A DNA stretch of 64,000 nucleotides, from the NCBI RefSeq assembly GCF_009914755.1, contig NC_060927.1. The stretch is one strand, 5' to 3'. Shown in pieces: positions 28,401 through 43,200 of the stretch. The translations under genes and the position numbers were made by a program. Position 1 is the first letter of the stretch. Each line of letters starts with the position of its first letter. The notes under the pieces were generated by a model that had not been told where the DNA came from, searched no databases, and was given only the letters and a program-made list of their open reading frames with translations. The DNA is from the human T2T-CHM13v2.0 reference genome, Homo sapiens.

Positions 28401-29349
28401 TCGCTTATTTCATGTTTTGATACTTCACACTGGTGGATAAGTCTCTTTAAGTAACCTGAGTTTGGTTTTTTCATACCTCCCCTGATAATACCTAAAATGT
28501 CCTTCAACTCCCAGCTTGTTGAGGTGTATCCAGGGAATGTTTCACATGCGCTCAGTGAGTCATGTTCAGTTACCATGAAGCAGCCTCTGTTTGTTTCTTG
28601 TCCTGTTGCTCTTTTCCTGTGTTGTGAGTCAGTAGAAAAAAAAATTTTCCCTTTTAAATAACTTTTAGTCAGTATGGCTTCAACCCAGAGCCACTTTGCC
28701 CCAAAGTCTTGTAGACTTGCTAGTGAAAATGGTACTTTTGGTTATTATTTATGGCACTAAACCATCTACCTCCCCACCTCTCTTGCTGAACATGCAGTCA
28801 TGAGTTCATCAAGAGGCTAAATCAGGAGACCTCACCGTGCATTTCTGAGTCCACTCTCCCTTAGCTAAAGAAGGCTTTGTGTTTGGGTTGACAGCTTTGT
28901 GCCCACTGACCTCTTTATTTACAATGAAATGACATCCAGGGAGTTCCTTAATTTTTCTTGCAAATGGGACTTGGACATGTCCCTTTAATTTACTAGATAG
29001 ATCTGACTCCTGTGATGTTAGACTTGAGCTCAAACCATGCTTGTATTGAGCTAACAACAGTCACTTTTTATTTATTACCCAAAAGGTTCCTGTAATACTC
29101 ACAATGGCCATATGGAACAAACATAACTACCTTCTAATGTGGCCACCTTTCAAGATTGAAGTCAACTCTCTTTTCCTGCTCCCCCTCAAAATTCTATCTT
29201 CCAGGTTAAGCACATGCAGAACTTTCTATTATTCTTTGTATGTTTTCTTGCCAGTTGGATCCCTTTCCTCTGAAAATGCTCTGGCTTTTCTGTGCCTTCT
29301 AAAAATGCGAGGTCACAAAGAATCTTTGGCTTGGCCAGGGAAGATTATA

Positions 29350-29431
29350 TTAGGTTGGTGCAAAAGTAATTGTGATTTTTGCCATTGAAAGTAATGGAAA
29401 AAAATTCACAATTACATTTGCACCAACCCAA
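29350..29431. mobile_element. MADE1 (Hsmar1-derived mariner MITE)
   Basis: ~80-bp palindrome ttaggttggtgcaaaagtaattg...caattacatttgcaccaacccaa, flanked by TA. Confidence 0.95.
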
Positions 29432-29611
29432 TAGTATACTATTACCCCTTATTCTATCCACCATACATCTTGTGGTAGCAAAGCACTTGATCTTTAATAT
29501 CTAATTTGGAGCTACACCATATCTCTAAAATTACAGAGAAGTTCAGAATTTAAAAGTAATTATCTAAGAATCAATGCTGTGATGAAAAACAACCAGGCTT
29601 ATATTGATATG

Positions 29612-29931
<320 letters not shown>

Positions 29932-30329
29932 TGATATGTAGTTTTAAAAAAGAACATAATTTCATAACTATGCCTATCTACATTTCTGAAGATGTAAGTC
30001 TTAAAGAGGAGCAGTAATGAAAACCAGGAAAAAAATAGAACAGATGAGAAAGGTAGGTTATGTAGCTTTTGGACATACTACAAATTCAAGCTTGTCTTCT
30101 TGAATTTTTTCCTAAGCATAAAATACAGGTACAGTGGCTTGTGATATCTATCAGCTGAGCCCAATCAGAGTCAGAGAACATGGAAATCCATTGATGTTGT
30201 CTATACAAGCCAGGATTCCCAGTCACAAAGCAGTATAAGGAGTAGTTTTGCAAGAGCAAACAGCATAGCCTATACACCGTAGGAGAAGGTCACGAAGGAA
30301 AGAAATGAAAACAGAGGATGACAGACTTC

Positions 30330-30540
30330 TAATTGATATAACCTGACTTAAGAATTCAACAATTAAATTCCTTAATCATATTATTAATTTTTTAAATCCT
30401 ATGGTTGTTAACCTAATAAGAGTATCTGTCTCATTGTTTATTGAGAGGATTAAATAAGATGATTCATGTAAAGTCCACAGCACAAAACCTCATGTATTAG
30501 CAAGCATTCAGTAATGCTAACTATTGTTATTTTGAATTAT
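30330..30540 (+). mobile_element. MIR SINE
   Basis: 'gagaggattaaataagatgattcatgtaaag...aagcattcagtaatgctaactattgttatt'. Confidence 0.7.
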
Positions 30541-30549
30541 TGCTTGCTG

Positions 30550-30750
30550 AAATAATAACTAGCCGTTTTGCCTTGTATGTTGTAAAGAACATTCATATAC
30601 TTTATCTCATCTGTTTCTTGTGATAACTTGTCAAATAGGTAAGTAGACATTATTACAATTGGAGGAAGAAGTTAAGTGACTTGACCAGTTTATTAGTAGA
30701 AGAACAGTGGTTATAACTCAGTCTTCAGACCCAAAATCCTATGAACTTTC
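30550..30750 (-). mobile_element. MIR (MIRc/MIR3-like)
   Basis: 'gaagttaagtgacttgacc...aactcagtcttcagacccaaaatcctatgaactttc'. Confidence 0.6.
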
Positions 30751-30874
30751 AAAAAAAAAATCACAATACCAATGTAAACTCCATTCATGAAAAGACAACA
30801 AATCTCATGCAAAATTATAAATGGAAAAAGACCCTAAACAAATACATGCAAATCAGTTATAAAATAATATGCTA

Positions 30875-31296
<422 letters not shown>

Positions 31297-31829
31297 TCAT
31301 ATTAGTAGATGTAGAAGAGGAATTTGATTTAGTCCAATATCTACTGTTAAACCCTTAATGAAGTAAAAATAGAAGAAACATCCTTAAAGTAAACAGAAAA
31401 AAGAGCTGTTCATGGTCCAATAATGAGAATGGTATCATGACCCAAGAGTTTTGATTAATTGAATTTCATGTCCTTGGTTGGAAAAAAGAAGAAACCTATT
31501 AGGAGTCAATATTAAAAATTATATTAGCTATTTAAAACCTAAAGATATTCTTTCTAGTGTCTGAAATAAGATGAAACTATTTTCATTATCACCAGTTTTG
31601 GAGATTCTAGCCGATACAACAAGCAAGAAAATAAAACAAAAATGTTCGTTATAGATAGGAAGAAAAAACTATCATTATTTTCAAATGATAGGATTTTATG
31701 AATAGAATAGCCAAGAGACTATACATTAAAATATTCAAGGTAAAAAGAAGCTCAACTCATTGGTACATTTTAAGATTACTGTGTACAAATAAAAAACTTT
31801 CTCTTACATAGCAAATTATATATGTGATG

Positions 31830-32408
31830 GATAAATGTGGAATATTAAAGATAACCACAGATTCTTTTCAGCTCCTTTCATGAGCAGTGGCATTGATTTC
31901 TACACTCTCATAAATCTGGGCTGGCTTTGGACTTGCTTTGACTAACACAATGTGTGGGAATTGAGGCTATGTAGCTTTGAGTCTCAGTTTCAAGAGGTCC
32001 TGCAGCTTTCACTTTGGTTCTTTTGAAACACTATTCCATGATGTGAAGAACTGCAGTATCTAGTCTAGAGTCCTCTGGATGAGTCCAATACTATCCTCTA
32101 GTCTCTAGGATAAAAGGCCATGCGAAGCAGAAATGAGCTTAACCAGCTGATACCCACTAAACTAATCAGCTAATAGCCAGCATCAACACCAGACATATGA
32201 GTAAAGCCATGCTAGGAAATCTATTGCCAGTGAAACCACCAGATGACTACATCTGTATCAATGACCCTGGTTAGACCAGAAAAAGTGCCCTTTTCCTAGC
32301 TGAGCTTAGTTCAAATGTCCAATTAACAAAATGTTGAACAAATAAATGGGTATTGTTTTAAACCATTAAATTTTAGATTTTGTTATTCAGTTATGTATAA
32401 TTGGTACA
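31830..32408 (+). mobile_element. MLT1G/H-like LTR
   Basis: 'aatctgggctggctttggacttgctttgact'; 'aataaatgggtattgttttaaacca...ggtaca'. Confidence 0.8.
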
Positions 32409-32687
32409 AAAATATTCAAGATTTACAATAGCAATAAAAACTAAAAAGTGTCTAGGAAGACATTTCTATAAAGAGCATTATGAAACATACATGAAAGATA
32501 CAAAACAATATATGAAGAAACACATACAGTATTTTTTGGAGGAAAGATGATAAAGATATCAACTTTCTCCACAAATAATCTATATATTGAGTAAAATGCC
32601 AATCAGAATCCACCACTGACAAAATTGATAATAAATTTTATATGAAGAATGTTGAAAATAAAATTTGGAAAGAATAATAATGAGGAA

Positions 32688-32892
32688 TGCAGTTATTTAT
32701 TGCTGTCTAACAAAATGCTTCTGAATTTAGTGGCTTAAATCAACAACAAAAAATTTGCTCATGAATCCGTAAATTTGGTAGGACTTAGTTAGAACAATTG
32801 TCTTTTCTCCTGGTGGCATGAGCTGGAGTGGGCCTAGAGGACTCACTTTTGAGACAGACACTCACATAGTGGTGAGTTGGTGCTGCTGACTG
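32688..32892 (-). mobile_element. MLT1 LTR fragment
   Basis: 'cagttatttattgctgtctaacaaa...ttagtggcttaaa'. Confidence 0.65.
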
Positions 32893-32894
32893 TT

Positions 32895-33037
32895 ATCATC
32901 CCCAAAGGAAACCTGTATTCATTAAGCAGCCATTTCTCTTCTGCTCCACTTCAGTCTTGGACAACCACTAATCTGATTTTGTCACGATGGATTTACCTAT
33001 CTTGGGTATTTCTTATATATGGAATCTTATAATGTGG
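32895..33037 (-). mobile_element. L1MB-like 3' fragment
   Basis: 'catccccaaaggaaacctgta...caaccactaatctga...atggatttacctat'. Confidence 0.7.
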
Positions 33038-33399
33038 AAAAAAAGAGGAAGACAGTAGATATGCATGTAGTAGACATGAACATATTTTTCCTATATATTA
33101 TTAAATAAAAATGAAAATGGCAAAATTGTCATATTACATGTATTATCTAATCACACTTCGCACATATGTATATATAACTAAAAAGTGTGGAAAAATATAA
33201 GCCAAAGTTTTAGAGCAGTTATTTCAGGGGCTGGTATTACCATCCCAAAAAAACTAAACATGTATTTATATTGTTAAATACAAATTTAAAAATTAAACAT
33301 TAACTTCATAGTCAAAAAAGTAAAGATATTTTCATTAAATAATATTTCAATAGGAAGAAATGAACTATTTAAAACATTGGTGAGCAAATCCTAATGAAA

Positions 33400-34542
33400 T
33401 AAAGGCTTTAGGCCAGGATCATCAATGGCTGCTAGCAAAAAAGACAACCCGATATTCCATGCCTTCTACTGCCAGTACACATCACCACTTACAAAATATT
33501 CTAGCCAAAAATATCAAACCTTAATCAGATTAAGACTTTATCTCTCAAAAAATAGAGCTATATCTCAAATTTCAAAGAGGCAGAGACTCAGGAAATTTGA
33601 TTTTGAACTTAGCCAACTCCTGTTACCTCCCCAGGCCTCAATGTCCTTGTTCTTGCAAAAGCAAGAGGGATGAACTCTCAAAAAAAAAATAAAAATAAAA
33701 AACCCGTAGGCCCTCCTATGACTCAACCACTTGATTCACATTTTCACACGGAAATTTTGATGTTTCAATATTCTCTATTGGCTTAGTACTTTCATGTGTT
33801 CTGTCTTTATTCATAACTTACGGAAAGTATGGGGAATGAGAAACATGTTCCAAGGCAAAACGGGGAAGCCTTCAGCAAAATCCAGAATGTGATAAACTCT
33901 AGGGGTCAAATGACCTGGTTCCTTCAAGAAATAAGAGGAGGAGGCAGGGAATAGAATCCTGTTATATATATTGTGCCAGATGATTCTTTGTTGTTGGGGG
34001 CTGTCCTGGTGTTTTGGAGCTTTTAGCAGCATCCCGGCCCCTATGCACTACCTGCCATTGAAACTCTCCCCCTTTCTCCTCAACCAAGTTATGACAACGA
34101 AAAACATCTCCAGACATTGCTAAATGTCTTCTGGGAACAAAATTGCCCCAGTTGAGAACTAAGACTATAGATTTTTTTTTTTTAAAAAAGGAGATTTAAA
34201 TGACGTAGCAAAAAATGCATCATGCCCACTAATTTGTATAAACCAACTGTAAGGAAGAATTATGAGATAATTGGAATTAGATGTATTTGAAAAGGGACCT
34301 ATTCCTTTAGTGATATACAATGAATGGTATATTCTTGGTTAAAATGATATGCTGTCTTGTATTGCTTCAAAATAATACCTTTGAGGTTGGTGAGTAAATG
34401 GGTAGCTGTATAGATAACATGGGATTGACTATGTGTTGATAATAACTGAAACTAAGTGATGAGTACATAAGGTGGGTTCATCATGCTGCTCTCTAACTTT
34501 TGCATGTGTTTGAAATTTTCCATAACAAAATGTCTTAAAAAT
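33400..34542 (+). mobile_element. L1MC4/5-like 3' end with nested MER20
   Basis: 'ccaggatcatcaatggctgcta', 'cagcaaaatccagaatgtg', end 'tttgaaattttccataacaaaa'. Confidence 0.65.
33968..34162 (+). mobile_element. MER20 (hAT-Charlie)
   Basis: 'attctttgttgttgggggctgtcctg...ttagcagcatcccggccc...tctccagacattgctaaatgtc...ccccagttgagaac'. Confidence 0.9.
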
Positions 34543-35991
34543 AATATTCAGTAAGTACCAGAATATTGTAATATTCAGTGACAACCAGAAGGAATAGCTA
34601 AAAAGAGATGAAAGTGTAGCTTCCGGGAGGGGTAGGGAGAGGAGAGGGGACTGCTTCTTTTTAAAACAAACCTTTTAGTACTACTTCACTATGAGGACTA
34701 TGTGCATGGATTACTTCAAAGAACAACAAAAAAATAATTAAAATCCCCAAATAAGCAAACAAAACATTGGAGAGATGCCATTGATATGAATATTTTTCTT
34801 GTAAAAATGGAAGCTTAGTTATATAAAATTTCTACATATAGAAAGTAAGTTAAATGACACCATGAGGAAGCAACCAGCTGAGCCCAGATGTGGAACACTG
34901 GACACAGCACTTGACTTTCTTCTGAGGCTGGCCTGGCTATCTTCTTTTTCTTCTTTACCTTTTTTATTGAGCATGTTAAAGAGCCAGGGCCCTCTGAGGA
35001 AGAAGGATTATTTCTTGTCTTTCTTGTTGTATGTGGAAAGCAGGCAAGGGAGGGCTGTCCCCTGAGGCACAGCAGCCTCTTTCTAACCCAGTGAATGAAC
35101 CACAGGGCAAACTAGAGTTTGTCTGCTTACCCAATCATCTCTTACTTAGGGAGTAAGAAGCCTTTTTGTTTGTTTTTCATATCTCTTGGTCTAAGCTGCA
35201 TTTTCTAGTTCAGTTTTGATCAAAGCATTATACTGGGGGAGAAGGAAACATTTGTCAAGCTATTACTAAGGGGCTTATATTATCTCTTATTTTGCTATTA
35301 ACTGTTGTTTGTGTGATACTTTGGCAGGGAGCCCAGAATGAACAGAGTAAATGGATTCTGATACCAAAACCCTATCCTGAACTCTAACAACTTTCACAGT
35401 TACAAGAAAAACAAACATATTTCTTTTGACCTACTATTCATAAACGTCATGTCAGATGCATAAATATTATGCCTCTGTGGTAACAATGAGGGGTATTCTG
35501 GCATTCCTAGGAGACAAATCAGCATAGTGACCCAAGGCCAATGTGGGTGAACAGGCCACCAGGATAATGTAATTTGAAAGGTGCTCTAAAGGCACTTGCA
35601 TTCTAAGGTTTGTTCACCAAGGTTCTAGGCTACCATGGTGCCTAAAGCCACCACTTTGAGAGTTAACCCTTTCTGTAAATGCATAATGTCTCCAGAAGCT
35701 TTCAGCTAAAATACCAATGTGTTATTTTGGAGAGAGAACACATGAACTCTGAGCATTCACAAATTGCCTAAGCATGAACCAGTTTATCAAGTCATTTAAG
35801 TTGAGAGAAAGGTCCTCAAGGAAGGAATTACAAAATTGTGCTTTTTATGGGACGTCGTGAGAAGGCTCAGGGAAGTTATGAGGGTAAGATTAGTGGAAGG
35901 AAGAAAAATCTGAAGACACTTGGGAAGGCGTGCCCAGGGTAGGTAGAATCCTGGCCAGAGACGGGATAGCAGAAGGACTCAGAGTCTGGAG

Positions 35992-36208
35992 CAACTCTGT
36001 CCATTAGCACTTCCTGCAATGATGAAAATGTTCTATAGCTGGGCTGTTCAATATAGTAGTTATTAGCCACATGTGACTATAGAGGACTTGAAATGTGGCT
36101 GGTGTGACTGAGGAACTGGAACTTTAAATTTTATTTAATTTTAATTAATATAAATTAAAATGTCAATAGCCAAATGTGGCTAATGGCTCCATTATTGGAT
36201 AGTACAGG
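35992..36208 (+). mobile_element. MER3 (hAT-Charlie)
   Basis: Matches the MER3 copy at 11785; degenerate 8-bp TSD gtctggag/gtctagat. Confidence 0.9.
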
Positions 36209-36973
36209 TCTAGATGAAGGATATGGGGATGGGGGGTGGGGGAAAATCATAGATAGGCAATGTGGAATAGAATTAAAGATACATTTTGCTTAATTCACAC
36301 TTTATATGGTACCACTTTTCATTTCTAGGCAATAGATTTACAAATTACAGGTTATATTATATTTAGCAAATTAACCTATATTATGAAATAGCTGTACAGA
36401 TTAAATAGACGGATGAGAGTATAGCCATATTAATTAGATTTGCCATGTCCTACATGATCTTATTTTACTCATATGCATGCTGTCCTATGAAGGAAAAGAA
36501 AACATTGACTCAAAAGTGTTAAAAAGGGTATCCTTTGTTTAATGTTCAAGAAAGGCTGCAATTACTTTTCATAATATACAATTGCAAGTTTTGTTATTTT
36601 TTCTTTCTGAATAATGATTATTTTTCTCCATTGCAGAGCAAGGCAAGGGTCACAGTCACATTCACAGAACCTCATTAGGGTGGATCCACAGGACATACTT
36701 CCCACTGCTCGCAGAAGTATTACCACCCTTTGGAATAATCAATCAATCAAACCAACTCAACAATCTTTCTTTTAATGCTAGTGGCACATATTGACATAAA
36801 AATAAAATTTTGCTTCCTGGTGGAACATGAATAATAAAAGTATTTTTAAAGTTGTTTTAATCAAGGCTTCACTATTTAGAAAGTATTAATAAACTGGCAC
36901 CAGAAAATTTCCCAAAACCACTAGCTAGTTGTTAGTGGCCACAGAACCTAGAGGAGAATAAAAATAATCTCTA

Positions 36974-37392
<419 letters not shown>

Positions 37393-40083
37393 TCATTGCT
37401 GAGTCAGATGGTTACTCTAGATGTAGAATTTTGTCAAATCTTCATTTCATGCCATGTGAAAATCCAAATGCCACCACTTCAAGATTTTCTGTTACCAGAG
37501 TCCTTACATTCTTGTGGTCACCTATGACTCTAAAATGCTCTTTCCTCTGAATTAATTGGCTTGAATCATGAATCTATTGCCGTCTGTAGTTTGTGTTTTT
37601 GCTCTGCCAAACCAACTATGAACTTCCTTTCCACAGATTTCTGCCATCACCAAGTGTGTGCATCAGAATTGCATATTTTATTTATGTATAAAGTATAACC
37701 TAGGACTTGGCAGGGGTGGAGGATCCTGTTTCATGACGGTAAAATGGGGGGAGACCCACGACCTGATAATACCCATTAGGGAGGGGGGTAGAAAATACTT
37801 ATATTTAAGTATTAGTTAAAATTTTTTGTTTGTTTTTTGGAGCTGCTCTATATGATATTTTTTAAAAATTTCACTTTCCAATATAGTTTATTATTAGTGT
37901 ATGGAAATACCATTGATATTTAAATGTTGACCTTGTAGGTTGAGGTCTTGGTAAATTTACTTATTAGTTTTAAGACTGTACCCCCAGCTCCACTTTTTAA
38001 GAAAAGTTCCTTCAGATTTTCTATGTAATCATTTCATTTGCGAATAGAAACAGTTTTTTTTTTTTTTTTGGTTTCTAATTTGTATGCCTTTATTCTTTTT
38101 CCTTGCTTATTGCACTGGCTAGAACATACAGTACAGTACTAAATATGAGTGGTGAGAGTGGAAACCCTTGGCTTGTATCTGATCTTAGAAGAAAAGCATT
38201 CAGTCTCCACCATTAAGTATGATGTGAAAATTTTATAGATTCACTCTATCAGGTTAAGGAAGTTCCCTTCTATTCCTAGTTTGCTGAGACTTTTATCATG
38301 AATGACTTTTGAATTTTATCAAATGCATTGATATAATCATGTGTTTTTTTCTTCTTTAGCTTGTTAATATCGTGTATTACATTGGTTGATTTTCAAATAT
38401 TCAATCAACCTTGCACTTTTGGGATAAACCCCACTTGGTAGTAGTGTACTACTCTTTTTGTATATTGCTGGTTTGATTTAGTAATATTTTATATATTGAC
38501 CTATAATTTTCTTTTCTCATATTGTCTTTGCCTGGTTCGAGTATCAGGGTAAAGCAGGCCTTACAGGATGAGTGGAGAAGTGTTCTCTGAATTTTTTGGA
38601 AGATATTTATAGAATTAATGTTATTCTTCTTTAAATCTTTGGTTGCATTCATCTGTGAAATCATCTGGGTTTGGAGCTTCATTTTAGGGAAGTTTATAAA
38701 GTATAAAATAAATTTCTTTATTAGATATGGGAAAATCCAAATTATATATTTCATATTAGGTGAGTTGTGGTAGCTCATGTTATTTGAGAAATTGGCCCAT
38801 TCCATTCAAGTTGTCAAATTTATGTTTGTAGTATTTTCTTATTATCCTTTTGGTATCTGCAGAGTCTTTAGTAATATCTGCTATTTTGTCCTTGTTATGG
38901 ACAATTTGTATCTTCTTTCTTTTTTTGTGTCAACTTGGTTAGAGGTTTATCAATTTTATTGTTGTTTTCAACAAATCAATATTTGGTTTTGTTAATTTTC
39001 TATATTATTTTTCTGTTTTCAATTTTACTGGTTTCTACTCCTATTTTTATTATTTCCTTTATTCTGCTTGCTTTGGATATACTTTGGTCTTCATTTTCTA
39101 GTTTAACATAGATACTTAAATAGTTCATTTGAGAAATTTCTTTTCTTCTAGCATAAGTATTGAATGCTATCAATCTCTCTTTAATCACCACCTTAACTAC
39201 ATCTGACAAATTTTGATATGTTGAATTTTCATTGTCATTCAGTTCATAAGATTTTCCAATTTCCTTTATGACTTCCTTTTTGATCTATGAATTATTTAGT
39301 AAAAGGTAAAAGATTTATATGATTTGAAGAGAAACCAGAGCATATCTATGAATTATTTAGAATTGTGTTGTTTAATTACAAGGTATTTGGAGATTTCCTA
39401 GTTATCTTCCTGTTATTGAATTCTAGTTTAATTGCGCTGTGATCAGAGAACACATCTTGTATTGTTCTATTTTTTAAAAATAAATGAATAATAAATTTGT
39501 TAAGGTTTTTGTTGACTTAAGATATGGTCTGCCTTGGTATATATTTATGTGCACTTGAGTAGAATGTATATTTTATCTGTTGGTGGGATGTTTTATAAAT
39601 GTTAACCAGCTCATTAGTTAATAGTGAGTTCTGTTTTTCCATATTGCTGTTAATTTTTATCTACTTGTTCTATCTACTACTGAGTGAGAGTGTTGAAATC
39701 TCCAATGGCAAATTTCATTCTATCAATTTTTGTCTCATGTATTTTGAGGCTCTGTTATTGGGTAATAATACATGGTTAAGATTGTCAAGTCTCTTGATGA
39801 GTTCATCCTTTTATCATTAAGTAGTGTCCCCTACTATCTCTGAAAATCTTTCTTAGCTCAAAGCTTTTTTCCTTCTGAAGATGAATTTGATATATAGCCA
39901 ATCCTGATTTCTTTTGATTAGTATTTAGGTGTTACATTTTTTTCTATCCTTTTATTTCTACTTTACCTGTATCATTACATTTAAAGTATAGATTGATTGT
40001 AGCATATAGTTAGGTCTACTTTTGAACATTCTGAAACCTGCTTTTTAATTGGTGTATTTGCAGCATTTACACTTTTAATTTAA

Positions 40084-40420
<337 letters not shown>

Positions 40421-41201
40421 TACTTTATTTACTTTTTAAATCTTGGTTTCTTCTCATTTTTGTTCCACCATTTCTACCTTCTTGACTTCTGTTGTGATAT
40501 TTGCATATGTTTGGATGATGGTGTGTCTAGGCATAAATTCCTTTTAGTTTATACTATTTTGAAGCGCAATGAACTTGAATTCATAAGTTCACATCTTCTT
40601 CCAAATTTAGGAAGTTTTTAGCCATTATTTATTCAAAAGTTTTTTCTGCTCTCATTCTTTGTCCTCCTCATTTGCTGTTAATATATCAATGACACGAATG
40701 TTAAATCTTTTAGTATGGCCCCACAAGTCTCTGAGACTTTGTTTATTTTTTTAACATCATTTTTCTTTTTGTGTGTATGGCTTAGATAATTTCTAGTAAT
40801 CTATCTTCAAGTTCACTAAAGCTTTCCTCTGTCACTTTCATTTTGTTATTGAGCTCATCGAGTAGCTTTTTTATTTCGTTGTTATACTATTTTGCTCTAA
40901 AATTTTTATTTGCCTCTTTATTATATATTCTGTTTATATGCTGAGACTTTTTATCTTTCTGTTTGTTTCCTGAATGCTTACTTTATTTCTTAGAGCATGG
41001 TTATGAGAGCTGCTATTTATAGGCATTATCTAACAATATCAATATATCCAGGTAATTTTGAAATTAACATATACTAATTGCCTTTTACTTTGCAAGATGT
41101 TGAAATGTTTCTCACATTCTGTGTATCAAATAATTTTGGATTATATCCTGGATATTTTGAATATTTTGAATACTTCGTTATGTGACTGTAGGTCTTGTTT
41201 A

Positions 41202-41568
41202 TTTTCTACTTTTTTTTAACTTTCATTTTAGGTTCAGGGATGCATGTGAAGGTTTGTTATACAGGTAAATTGCATGTCATGGGGGTTTGGTGTACAGATT
41301 ATTTCATCACCCAGGTAATAAGCATAGTAACCTGTTATGTAGATTTTCTGTCCTCTCCCTCCTCCCACCCTCCACTTTCAAGTAGCCACAAAAAGAATAA
41401 AATACTGATGAATACAGCTAACCATGGAGTTGAATGGTCTCCACAGTGAGAATTATAGAACACTGCTAAAAAAAATTAGAGATGACACAAACAAATGGGA
41501 AATCATTCTGTACTCACGGATGGGAAGAATCAGTATTGTTAAAATGGACATACAGCCAAAGCAATTTA
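41202..41568 (-). mobile_element. Short L1PA15/16-like insertion with 5' inversion
   Basis: Minus-strand 3'UTR 41202-~41385, plus-strand ORF2 piece ~41386-41568; TSD taggtcttgttta/taggccttgttta. Confidence 0.85.
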
Positions 41569-42829
41569 TAGGCCTTGTTTAAATCTTATGGAAAATATTT
41601 TTTCTTTTAGTTGGACAATTAAACTGGTTATATCCAGGTTCTTAACCACCTTTCTGTAGATGGTGGTTCTATGCCTGTTCTGTTTTCAAAATCTATTAAT
41701 ATGTAGCACTTTTCTTATTTGTCCTATGTGTGCACCATCAGTGGCCAGTTTGGGATCCATTCAGTGATCTATGTTGTAGTTCAGTTCTCAACTGAATCTT
41801 GCTGTTTAGGATTAGATCCATTCATTCACAGTTTTAAAGTGAGACTAAAAGTTTGCAGGCAATTTATGAGATCATTTTCTTCAGCTCTGTCCTCTCTGTA
41901 ATATTCCTGACATTTTCTGATTCCTGGTATCCATCACCCACTACTCTCCATTCCTGTGGCAAGGAACCTAGGGACTTAGTCTCCCCACTCTTAGAACTTG
42001 TACATTTCTTAGAACTGCCTCTGCATCTGGGCTAAGTCATGATAGGATAGAGAGAAAAAAAGCAGTGGATTGCCTTGCACATTCTTGGCACCACCAAGAA
42101 TCAGACCATCTGGCCAGAGAGAAATTTTCCCCTTCTTCTGCTCATTGTTGTCATTACCATCACCACAGCTGTAAGAGTGCCTGGGAGTTGGGGTGATTTG
42201 CACAGGTATTAATCTAATTACCTGTTAGAAAAACAAATCAACACACTTCAGAGGAAGATAATAGAATCCAGATCTCTACAATGTGTCATTCTTCATATCT
42301 AGTATATAATAACATAGCAGGAAATTAAATTACTGGATGATTAATTGTAATTTGGTTTTAAGTTTGTTAGGCAAAAGGTTGATTTTCAGTTTTATTTGGA
42401 TGAGTATGTAGAAAGCCCAAGATGTTAACCAAACCCCCGCTGCAGACTCTAGACTCTTCTCTGTAAAGCAGAGCAGCCAAATCTCTGCTAAGTTCTTTTA
42501 GCTTTCCAGTTGTTATTTTCCACTGGGACTCTTGGATCCAAACTCTGCCCTTTGACAACTGACACCAACAAACCTGCATCTTTCTGCTTGAATTGTAGGT
42601 GAGACATACAGACTGGAAAATATACAAAGTGGAAAAGCCTAATATACCTACATTACACAGTATAATTCCCTCCTGGTATCTATCTTCTTTTGGTCATGCT
42701 ACAGTGACGTCAACGTGTTGTTTCTTAAATTTTGTCCAGACTTTATGATTGTTATCTATGGAATGGTTTATCTACCATAAGCTACTCTGCAAATATCAGA
42801 ACCAGAACTGCTAAATATATTTATTCATT

Positions 42830-43200
42830 CACTTGTCTACCACCTGGATTTATAATATGTAAATATTTTGCCATTTTTTTCATTTTATTTTTGAAAATAA
42901 AATCTTATAGAATTGAAGTCTCATTTGTATTATTTTTCATAGCTCATTCTGTCTGCTTCCCCACGGACAACCAATATTTTAAGATTGGTGAAGAGCCTCC
43001 CTGCTCATGTTTCTGTACACTTACTGTCCATATGTATCTTTATATAAAATACATTTACAGAAATTATTTTATGCTATATTATTTTGCAACATTTTAATAT
43101 TTTCCAGATCTTTTTATATTGTAGATCTAATTTATTCATTCAAACTACCAGATTATGATTTTAAAGCTCTTAGTAGTTTTCTCTGTTGCTCTAAGGGTAG
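42830..43200 (-). mobile_element. L1ME-like 3' fragment
   Basis: 'aatattttgccattt...aaataaaatcttatagaattgaagtc...catgtttctgtacacttact'. Confidence 0.5.

Noticed and set aside
36615-36780. Strong-looking splice acceptor tttttctccattgcag
   Set aside because: No convincing donor or recognisable peptide; such sites are frequent by chance.
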